Source: Phoronis australis (lineage: Eukaryota; Animalia; Phoronida). Taken from it: DNA of 64,000 nucleotides. The stretch is taken from positions 186,001-250,000 of the forward strand of contig NMRA01000140.1 of the NCBI GenBank assembly GCA_002633005.1, written 5' to 3'. The notes beneath the pieces are model-generated. The model saw only the letters and a program-made list of their open reading frames with translations, had not been told where the DNA came from and ran no database searches. The position numbers were made by a program, and so were the translations under genes. Of this stretch, positions 24,201 through 36,200 are shown piece after piece (position 1 is the stretch's first letter; each line of letters starts with the position of its first letter).

Positions 24201-27200
24201 ATAACACTACACCGTAATTTATTACATGGACATTTTGTAATACTCTCTCCAGATATGTATCTACTATCTTCAGGATTCACCACACTGAAGTCGTAGAACC
24301 ATCCCAGCCTTGGCTGTACTCCCCTCTACGTCACAGTACTGAGCTAGTGAACCAGGACACAAGGACAAAGGTATGGAAAATGTGGCAAAATGTCATTATT
24401 TTCTCAATTTGACCGTTAAAAGGACAGGCAAAATGTTCTAATTTTATCAATGACTTGTCAATGGTGGCATCACCACACTACTCCTATAGTAACCAAGCTG
24501 CCTGTAAAGTGAAACCTGGATGGTATGTGAAGTCTATGGTCCCGTCTGCACACAGACTACCCTAGAACAACTTGCACTAGTGCAACTTAACCCATTTTTA
24601 AGTGGAGCATCCACACAAACACACGTATCCGATAACTAGGATAAGTTGTCACTCTAAACATAACAATAAACAGCTGATGCAAATATGGTGCACAAAAGAA
24701 GACTTGTCAATAAGTAATCGCAGCTGATAATTAGTTCCGCACTGCCCCAGTTTTGTGGCTACACATTGCTTAGAAATGGTGCGAGTTATTCTAAAACAAG
24801 TTTCCCTACCTCGATAAGGTGGAGTACGTTATCACAAGAGGGGCAAGTTGCACTAGTTTAAATAGCGTCTGCACAGCTCACAAACCTACCAACAACTCGT
24901 TACAGGAGTAACTTGTTCTAGGGTAAGTCTACGTGTGGACGGCACTTACGACTTGTTTTTCTCTGACTCCCAATGTCATGGCAGATTACTAACAGAACAA
25001 ACTAGCCACTACAGGTATCATCAGGTATGGCTGCCTAGTAGAAGACCTACGTAGAGGATACCGGCAATGAGATTACATCCGATGACTAACTCGAGGGCAT
25101 AAAACTTGTTTCGGTCATTTTGGCATAAAAACTGACACAATGTCCAAGAGTAGACTCTACTTTGTGTACATGCACATGCTTCATTTAAAAATAACCTTAT
25201 CATTCAATCATGCATAAAAAGTCATCAAAGATAAAATCTAGACAAAAACAAATCAACAAATATCAGGGACAGTCACTTAGTGTGTCCTATATCGCTTTTA
25301 AAGCCCACTGCTGAATAAACGTGCCGTGCAAGTTTTTGAAAAAGACAAATCACTTTTTCTGAAAGAGCCTCCTGTGGACTTGTTGAGGACACAAAATAAC
25401 TTCCGGAAAAAGGATAGTAACAAGACTAGACACAAACAGCTTTTAGATAAATCCCCTACTGGCAGTTAATTCAGCACCACACTCGGTCAAAACGTCTAGC
25501 AATAAAAAGTAACTTTGAAAAAATGGATACTATCTGATGACCTTAACTCAATGTCACAGCAGAGCTGGATTACCTGACTGAGCTGTCCACTTCATTTTCT
25601 GCACCTGATGGCAGACCATTCACACAGTCCCCAGAGGTCGCTAGCAGCTTGACAGTACTCTGTACATTCACGGTGTTGGCCTGTTCCAGGGAATGTTCCA
25701 TTATTTCATGAGGGATGAGAGGAGTCTCGCCTTCATACTCATCACTCAGTAAACAAGCTGAAAGATATGACACCGACAACAAAATGACACACTGAACACA
25801 ATAACTAATCCAAGATAGGAGAAGTCGTTGATGAGGGTGACCATTTTTCAATAGCTTAGGCAATATGTTCTATTGGCTACTGTGTTTACTTAGCAATATG
25901 ATGATTTTGTCCAGAGAGCCATTGACTGACACACCGCCCTTAAAGTTCGGTCATTGTGGCAAAAGAAAGATGATTAACAAGCTATTACTTGATGAATATA
26001 CTAAAAAGATTTAAGGCATGAATCTTAATCTTTTCAATGCCGATACCAAAACTGAAAAATCTGGATGCTACAAAGATTACAGAAATTGGACAGCCAACAC
26101 TGTATTCTGCCTGTAGCTCAACTAATGACTTCAATATCTACTGAAAGATAAGGAAACAACATGTGCAATGAATCCTTGTCTTGGCACTCACTGCTAATTA
26201 TTTATGAGCAGAGATGACCTCCCAAAATCACGTCTTCAGTTTTTTGTCCATAAACTTTTAGATAGCATGTTTGAGGTGATTTCTGTGCTTTGGCATGTAA
26301 CAATAAAAACAATTTTTGAGCAATAAAATAGTAATTTCCAACAGTCGGAAAATGCATGATCTCAGGTAAGCACTAGGCCCCAACTTGGTGAAAGATTAGC
26401 TTTTAAAACCCACAGTTGAGCTAATACTGCTCACCTGTACTTTGCGTCTCAGTTTATTTTCAAAACGATAAGACATACTTCCAAACGTAGAAACTTATTG
26501 TTATGAGTTGCTATTGCAGCTACATCCAAACCCGCAACATCGCATCCTACAAGCGCCACCTGTAGTCAGCCAATGCCTTTCATTCTCTGCCGCAGCAGGT
26601 TTATTTTTTTCAAAAAGAACTGTTTCTCTTTTGTAGCAGTTTTGAGAAGGAACTCTTTACCGCATTTTCTCTGCTCTTAATCTACAGACAGGCATGGCGA
26701 GCTGCTGTGACACTGGGTGAATGACCTACTTTTTACTTAAAACAGGCTACTTGCTCACTATCTCGTGACAGCACCATGCCGTGTGAGGCAACTTTGAAGA
26801 TCGACATGCCATGTCATAGAGCAATGTCGACGTTATGATTGGCTACCAATGATACTATCCAATAAGTGATACACCAGTACAGAATGCATTTGGCTCACAA
26901 TACTGTTAATCACATAAAAATGTGTCTGTTTACGACGTCAGACTCAAAAACGATGCAAAAGAGAATTTTGGCTAATGAAAGTACAAATTTCAAGATTCAA
27001 CAGAAACTGAATAAAAAGTCGTATTTTTCGGCACAAAATGCATAGCATTCTCTACTATAACCACATTTTCAATGAAAATCCATAACAAACACTGACAGTG
27101 TGCACCAAAGAGCGTCTCTGAATTGAGCTCATCAATACTGAAGAGCTTGTTGCTGATATACAGTGTTCAGATCAGCCAGGAAATGTACGAAAATACCGCG

Positions 27201-30200
27201 CGTGTAAGTTGTTACCTTATGAGCAGAAAATATTGATATCGACATGTCAAGAAAATATCTTGTTTGTGGGATGAAATGATTTGCCAATTGACTGCAGGAT
27301 AGCAAGCCATTAACAGCTTCATGGAGAACTAGCAATATGAAACATTATTTGATTATGATCCCCTGTGAGTTTGCTATGAATGTTTTCAGGTGTAATTTGC
27401 AACCATTCTACACATACCTGAGATAAGTAATAACCAGTGAAGATCTTCGTTTAAATTATTAAGAGACTTCATGTCAATGTTCACTTGGGATGTATGCACA
27501 TTCTGAAGAACCTTAGATAAATGACTCACTCGCGCTTCAAGCAACCTAAAATATTAAACAGACAGTTAACAGAGCCATTGGCCCTTGACTGACAACGAGC
27601 CTACAACCAGTTTGTTCAATTTGAATGGCATTTTACAAAATTAAGACCATGGTGCTTTTATAATGACATTTAGAATCAAATGAACCTGAATCAGCCCAAG
27701 GAAAATCAGTGCAATACATTCAATTTTCGGAATTATTCATAAAGGATAACAACTTCGCTATTTAACTCTCACCCGCAGTGAACTGTTTCAGATAACCCAG
27801 ACATCAAAATTAAGCAACTTTCTCAGAACAACAGTAGAGAGGGAACAAAAATGTAAACAAAGGTGACTTAATAAAAGAAAAATCAACAATTAAAATGGTT
27901 AATAATTGTTAACGCAAAGTGTGGGCGATGCCCTCTAGTGGTGAATTAGCCGTACCTGGCCAAGAGAGGCAGAGAATGACTAGGAATTCTTCTCCCAAGA
28001 AGTCCAATACAGGAAAGTTGATCCTTAAATAGATCGTGATCATCCTCGTCGTTTTCTTCATAATCCTCGAGATCTTCTGAATCACCACTGTCCGTCTAAA
28101 CACACATACAATACAATACAAACAGTTACGAAAATGCCTCAGCTACGACCACAAATATCCTAACTATATGATTTCAGATGAGCAAATATGAGACAAGTGT
28201 TTAAAATTTTCAATGATATAAATGTACTAACTGCGAGCCATACAATTTTTCATGGCAATGATTGACTACACCAGCAAACAGGAATGGCAGTATACAGCTA
28301 ATACTAAAGAGACCAACCGGCCACTATTTCTCTTTCTCAAAAACTCAAAACTAAAATCAATGCAGACACCGAATTCAGTTGGCAATCATAGTGTACCTTG
28401 TTCCTGTTCCCCTCGGGCAGACTTAGGTGACACTGGACGTACGTGTTGAATATCTCTGTAGCTGGCTGGTGCAACTGACCCGCGGACAATGGGTCTCCGT
28501 CTCGCAGCAACCGCATCCATGTCCTCAGCATCTTCTCATAGGCTTCCATGTAAACTGTATCATCCTTGTGCATCTGCGGTTTGTCAGGTAGAAATTTGTT
28601 TGCCGGAGTAGAATAGTGATGGGGGATTAAATACAGCTTGATTGAGATAGAATGGTATTCAGACGAACAGAACTATGTTAATGTGAACTTCCATGAGATG
28701 CCAGGCAGGTAGGAAGATTGTCTCCCCTGTTAAAGTAATCCAACTGGAAGAATTCCGATGTTTGGAGACAACGTAACTGACACTAATATGACACGATTTG
28801 GACCCACAAGTAAGAATAGAATTTCCGTCGCATCACAACTTCAAAAATTTTGGATTTTTTACCCATTCAGGTAACCACGTGGGCAATTCTGCAATTGCAA
28901 TTTTACAAAAATTACACATTTGGACTAACCAGTGTGCTCTGACATCAGTTGCACCCATTGTATGCTCCCGAGGAGTACAAAAGGATTACAATTGACAAAG
29001 TCCATGGCAAGGTAATAATTTTTGAAGTGTTCAGAAATTTACGGCACTATGTAATTCTTCCCTACTTACTATTGTAGTTTTTAATTTTGGCATTTTAATT
29101 TTACTTGACTGGGACCAAAATGTCAAAGTGGTGTCATACTAAACGAGCAAATAGGCCTAAACACCAAGATGGGGTCACTCACTGCTTCTTCCAAAGCCGC
29201 GGCTTGTCCAAATTCACAGGTCAATTTTGTCAACTGTAGGAGAAAGCCTTGCAGAAGATCCACTGGTAGGAGCGAGAATACAGCTACACGGGTCTGAAGA
29301 AGGAGGTTTTCAAATATAGTCGCCACGTTGATTGCCTCGTAGTCATGGATAGGTGTGCTGAAATGAATTCAGAGATGTGTAAACAGTTATCAAAGACAGT
29401 GCCCACACAGATGGCTTCGGAGTCATAGATTGGTGTACTGAAACGTGTTCAGAGATGGGTACATAGTTCTCAAAAGTGGCAATATCCAAGATCATATAAA
29501 AACTGCTTAGATATAAACGACAAGAAACTTTTCGAGGTTTGGAAAGACGTCATCGTGTAATTGTGAGTGCTGAGATATACTGCGAAAGGGAAAGTTGTCA
29601 AAATTAGATTGTGACAATGCCCAAGCCCCTGAATCATGGAACTGCACTACAATGAATCCTGAAGTGATGTTTCTAATAAATATTTTTTGTAACCGAAGTT
29701 TATTAATGTAATCAAATAAACTTGTATACTGTACACATTCTATATTAAAAAACAACTAAAAAATTGCAAAATGTTTCAAAAATATTGTCAGGCAATGACA
29801 AGTAACTTACAAGGACAACGAGTTGAGTAACGACTTTAGGAACTTTCCAAGCCACACACACAGACAAAAGGTTGAGAGATGTTCCCAGAAAATCACTCTC
29901 ATGTTAACAAGCCACACACACAGACAAAAGGTTGAGAGATGTTCCCAGAAAATCACTCTCATGTTAACAAGCCACACACACAGACAAAAGGTTGAGAGAT
30001 GTTCCCAGAAAATCACTCTCATGTTAACAAGTCACACACACAGACAAAAGGTTGAGAGATGTTCCCAGAAAATCACTCTCATGTTAACAAGTCACACACA
30101 CAGACAAAAGGTTGAGAGATGTTCCCAGAAAATCACTCTCATGTTAACAAGCCACACACACAGACAAAAGGTTGAGAGATGTTCCCAGAAAATCACTCTC

Positions 30201-33200
30201 ATGTTAACAAGTCACTTACACAGCTATGTAATTGAGCAAGGGCTCCAAAAAATTCTTGACATACTCCATGCGCATCTTGTCGGTAGCAAAGATCTCGCCA
30301 TTCATGGAGGCCAGTTGTGCCAGACACTGTAGGCAGTGGTGAGACATCTCACTGTTGAAATGGATTTTATGGTGCAGCTGAAACCATAGTAACAAAAGAT
30401 GGGAGCTTGTCAATGAGGTGTACTGAGGCTTATAAACTTGGCATAGTTTTAACTTGAGAAGGAGATCTGTAGTGTAGCTCCATCTATTGAGTTATAAAAA
30501 ATATAACATCTGGATTTTTGGTAGTTTAAGGTGAATGAACATGGAGGTCATCAAAAACTTATTGCTTGTTTGTTGACATTTTGCAAGGGGGTGGAGCTTG
30601 CGATAGATCAATTCCAACAATGAATGAGCCCCCCCAAGACCTGTGTACATGGTCTGAATGTCAAATGCAATTTTCTAGGCAACATGTGAGCTTGGAAAAT
30701 CGGGTTGGAACATTTGTTTACACAGCTTGACTTGGCGTGTACGACAATTGGACGTTACAGGCAGGCCTTAAGAATAGCACTATAACAACTTGAAGCAAGG
30801 TGAATGTTGGTTGAATTTTTAATTTTTGCAGAAATTTGTTGAATATTCAAATCTAAATACAAACAATCACAGAGAACACCACAATTATGAAATGCCTATT
30901 AAGTGTGATTAGGCAAAGGTTCTTGGTGCATACACAGTACATAGATTGTACACACATGTCGATGATGGAGGTGATAGTTTGACAATTTGGCAATTGTAAT
31001 GATGACAATACAAACTTCTAAAAGGTGACACAAATATAAGGTGATGTTGTAAGAACAAAGTTGACATAGTTTGCTGCAAGAAGGGACATTCCGATTCCAG
31101 AACAACCCCTTTACATACAAAAGGGGTCTGAGAGGATGTGCAATTCTGATTCCAGCTAGGACAACCTATTCACTTTCAGGGGGCTTGGAGAGGAAGTACA
31201 AGTAAGTTGTATTCCGGGACAAACCATTTTCTAACAAGAGGGGTAAGGGAGAATGTACAATCGTTGAATCAAAAATTCTTTCTGTGCATTACACTCGACC
31301 AATATGTTTAATTCAATACTAGACTTAGTCAGAAATGACGAATACAAAAGTCTTATAGCTATTGCACTATAATTATCATCTACATAACCTTCTACCTGAT
31401 GGGTCCCTCAATGAAACCAGACATTAAACAGAATCCTGAATGTCAAACAGCAGTAGGATTCACGTGTGCATTCCCCTAGATGTACTAAATGCAAAATCAC
31501 GCAAAACCACATGAATGAAAGGCGAGTGTTTCATGAGTATGCTCGGAACCTTGCTAATGTAACATAGCAAAATGGTTGCCGTGACTGGTTGGGGAGGATG
31601 GAATGTTGTCCGTGTTGGGATTGTGTGAAGTCATAAAACACTGGCGGGATCACTGTTTCCATTCCATAATCAAACATTTTTTACCAAAAGTGCTTTGCAA
31701 GTGTCTTGGGGCCACGGATTGCAGCCTAAGAAGGAGTCGACTCAGATGCATACCTACAGAACCACCTGACTTAAGTGAATACAAGCTGACACACCATACT
31801 ATTACACCGTCACAAGGTGGCGCCCCAAACCCACCTTTAAGATAAGCTGCAGCAAGTCTTTGCTCAGTAACGTTGACCTCCACCTTGTACCAGGCCGTAG
31901 TGACGTACATTCATAGTTCATGAACGAGCCAACGTGTCTCCGCATTACTAACAGTAGCTAAGGTAAAGCAGTGCAATTCAGATAGAACCAACTGGTTGAT
32001 AATTTAGCCTGTTTCAAGAAATCAGGCTTAGTATAAGTCAAGAAAATCTGTCTAAAAACTCGAACCTTAAAGACAGCAGAAATATGTAGCCTGCTCGGGA
32101 GCAGACTAAAAGCCAAAGTCAAAGGACAAACAATAAACTTTTGGCTACAGACTCTTAGAAGCAGCTTCAAGTCTACTGACGAAACGGAGACAAGGCCTAA
32201 ACTAACACTGACAATCAAATATCAAATTATTGAAAACTACACAACACACTGAAAGAGTAGTGTTTTGTTGGTTTAGTCCACAGCACAATGGGAATATAAG
32301 ATGTCTACTTTGGTAATATGTCATCTAGTATGGATACAGTATTAAACACTAATATGTCATCTAGTATGGATACAGTATTAAACACGAATTTAATACACTC
32401 AAGCATAAGTTAGGCAAAATGTTCAATACTGCGTGAATGCAAGGCATCTACACAAGCTTGTTTCATTTGCATGTTACCAAACTCTAACGTCTTCCTGATC
32501 CTACTGATCAATAACCCCAGTACAATGTGTTTTGCCACATTAGTTCAGTTTCACTGTGACTTACGATCCATAACACACGCCATCCTGAACGCAAAATTGA
32601 CACACTTCCAGATCCATCTTGTTTCTGTCAGAAAAACAGGCTCAAGACTGCTGTTTTTCTGATATGCTCACATTTGCTTAGGAGAAGCACATTCAGCAGC
32701 CCATTGGCAACGTCATGCTCAGAATTTGATCAAACAAATTTTGTGTCTGATAATTACTAGCGACAATATTGTCAAGGATACACCTAGATGGCGTAAACTG
32801 CCAGGACAACACGTGCTCGGCTATGGCCAAAAAGCGGTTCAAGACCGCGGTAGTTTCTCGAGACAACGGTGCCGTTTGCTTCTCCAGCTCTGTCAGGACT
32901 TGAATGCAGAATAAGAAAACTTGCTCCAGTTCAATATCCTGTAAGGTAATAATAATAACTATTAACTATCATTTCTATTATACTCAGAGCAGCTACAGGG
33001 CCAGCGTAACCACAGAGCCGCTGTATCCAGAGCCAAATGTAGCTACACAGCCAGTGCAGTCACAGAGCCAGTGTAACCACAGAGCCAGTGTAGCTACAGA
33101 GCCATTGTAGCTATAGAGCCAGTGCAGCCATAGATCCAATGTAGCCACAGAGCCAGTGTAGCTACACAGCCAGTGCAGTCACAGAGCCAGTGTAACCACA

Positions 33201-36200
33201 GAGCCAGTGTAGCAACAGAGCCAGTGTAGCCACAGAGCCAGTGTATCCACAGAGCCAGTGTAGCTACAGAACCAGTGTAGCTACAGAGCCATTGTAGCTA
33301 CAGAGCCAGTGCAGCCATAGATCCAATGTAGCCACAGAGCCAGTGTAGCTACAGAGCCATTGTAGCTACAGAGCCAGTGCAGCCATAGATCCAATGTAGC
33401 CACAGAGCCAGTGTAGCTACACAGCCAGTGCAGTCACAGAGCCAGTGTAACCACAGAGCCAGTGTAGCAACAGAGCCAGTGTATCCACAGAGCCAGTGTA
33501 GCTACAGAACCAGTGTAGCTACAGAGCCATTGTAGCTACAGAGCCAGTGCAGCCATAGATCCAATGTAGCCACAGAGCCAGTGTAGCTACAGAGCCATTG
33601 TAGCTACAGAGCCAGTGCAGCCATAGATCCAATGTAGCCACAGAGCCAGTGTAGCTACAGAGCCAGTGTGGCCACAGAGCCAGTGTATCCACAGAGCCAG
33701 TGTAGCTACAGAGCCAGTGTAGCCACAGAACCAGTGTAGCCACAGAGCCAGTGTAGCTACAGAGCCAGTGTAGCTACAGAGCCAGTGTAGCTACACGGCT
33801 AGTGTAGCCACAGAGCCAGTGTAACCACAGAGCCAGTGTAGCTACAGAGCCAGTGTAGCCACAGAGCCAGTGTAGCTACAAAGCCAGTGTAGCCACAGAG
33901 CGAGTGTAGCTATAGAGCCATTGTAGCTACAGAGCCAGTGCAGCCATAGATTCAATGTAACCATAGAGCCAGTGTAGACATATAGCCAGTGTATCCAAAG
34001 TGCCAGTGTAGCTACAGAGCCAGTGTAGCCACAGAGCCATTCCAGCCACAAAGCCAGTGTAGCCACAGAGCCAGTGTAGCTACGGAGACAGTGTAGCTAC
34101 AGAGCTAGAGTAGCCACAGAGCCAGTGTAACCACAGAGCCAGTGCAGCCACAGAGCCAATATGCAGAAACAGACATGCTCACCAAACACATACAAATTAG
34201 ATGGCAGGTTTTGGTGGTCAAATTTCCCTCCCTTGGCTATGTGGTACATTATTGGTACAGGCTTCCATATGTATTACTGAAACAGTTACATCACAGTCTT
34301 AATTCACCTGGATGAATTAATTTTCAAAGAACTGACTAGTCAAGGAAAAAACCGTCAACAACCCACAAGGCTTGTGAGCCAGCTAAAGAAGACAGGCTAG
34401 TTCTGATCCTAGTTCAGACATTACTATGAGTCAGAAAAATTCAACCTTATATTTGTAAGCATCAATTTGCAACTTACCATAGGACTCGCAAACATTTCAA
34501 GTCTGGTCAACACGCCACCTGTGGCCACATCACGTGACCTAATGATTATAAGGCTGAAAATATCTCTGCCCCAACCGGGACTCGAACCAGAGACTTTCTG
34601 CTAAGCGTGAGGACGCTTTAGACCACTGAGCCATCGGGACAACACGTGATGTGACCACAGGTGCCGTGCAGTCCATACTTAACAGTGTTTGCTACACACA
34701 TTTCCATGCAGTTTCAGAATTACATATTTATATTACGGTAGGACTATTTACAAAACAATCGTGCACGGCTTTGTTCTAGGCACTGCTTATGAAACTCTCC
34801 CGAGATGATACAATAAATAAATTAAAAATTCATCAAAATATCCCATACCTCGAAATATTTTTTACACTTGATATGGTACTCCCATGTAAGCCCAACACTG
34901 CTAGACTTGGAGGTTGTAGAGTACTCATTTAACAGGGCCGTAAGGATGCTGCAAGCAGTCATTTGCTGAAAATAGACATGCAGATCCCATTTCAGTGTTG
35001 TTGAACACCTCAAACAGTGTTCTTACCCGTTACAAAAAAAAATGTAACGACCTTATTTAACAGCAACCCATAACTCTGAACACAGACTCCATAAGTGAGA
35101 GAACAAGAAGGCAAACATCTTCATAATAAATTTATAACTGCCTACGATATTATCATTTTGGGCTCTCTTTCGGAAACATCAAATTTCCTGAAGGGTTTTT
35201 TTTTGCAAAAACAGTCCAAGATGTTCTTTCCAAACAGGGGTAGGACTCCTTCAGTGATTTGTATAGTCGACTATAATGCAATTATTATTAAAATCTCTCG
35301 GTCTATTTACACCGACCTCTAGTCTATATACACTGTCACGACGTTTCGGTCGGTCTCTTCTCTGGCCATCGTCAGGTGTTCCTGCGATCTTAGAAGAACG
35401 AGCACGGATACGTGGTACACTCATGGTGTGATTTTTTTTGTGCGAGTGTATATAGACTAGATGTCGGTGTAAATAGACCAAGAGATTTTAATAATAGTTG
35501 TAATACGCCACCAACTCAGAGCGGTTTTAGGAAGTCATCACTAAGCTGTAGGCTATGAAGGTATTGAAGGTAAATTGCAACACGAGTTTTACTTACCATA
35601 GTAAGGTTACCACTTGAGATGAGTTGTGTGACATCAGTGAAGAGGCTATCGCGGTCAATATCTTTCGTATCAATGGTAGCCCTCTTGAAGATCACAGCAA
35701 CAGCTTGAAGCATCTGCTCACGAACGTAAGCTGGAAGCCTGAGGCGAAATATGAACAGGTGAGTTTGAAATAGAACCATACATGGACCCCATCACAAACT
35801 CGACGATTTAAAGTTGTATTTCAGTCTGTATAGCTGGCTCAGAAACAAAAATCGAAGAAGGCCTTTTATCCTCGGTATATAGAATTCTATTTCCGCTACC
35901 AACTTAAGTCATAGACGATGCCTACATGTGCCATTTTCAAATTCCGCAATTTTAGGTTTGCCCAGCCAAACAGTCAGAAATGCAGCTTTAAATGGATATT
36001 ATGGAAGACTGACAACAGGGGGCACCACGGGATGCATTAGTTCCCTCGAACTTGCTCGAAGTGATGAATTTCTCTGAATGATGTTTCTTTGGTCATCCTG
36101 TCTGGTTCTCAAGAAAATAGGCCATCAATTTCCACCCAACATTCAGAATACGAAGGTGAGTGTATATGTCCAACCATATTGATTTTCTGGCATGAGAATG

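Noticed and set aside
29823-30332. 169-aa repetitive ORF / CRISPR-like periodicity
   Set aside because: Identical 60-bp tandem units with no unique spacers and no cas genes; eukaryotic intron.
31085-31260. Three degenerate ~60-bp repeats; similar small duplications at 2880-2960, 21410-21490, 32314-32385 and 41737-41805
   Set aside because: Ordinary intronic slippage duplications with no further signal.
32085-32130. Alternative U12 acceptor (TCCTTTGAC...TTTTAG) for XPO4 exon 7
   Set aside because: The downstream translation has no XPO4 similarity, whereas 31835-31947 fits both sequence and phase.
34568-34640. Functional tRNA gene
   Set aside because: The anticodon and T stems do not pair properly. 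It is treated as a tRNA-derived repeat, as are 4271-4343, 4550-4622, 56384-56457 and 59383-59455.
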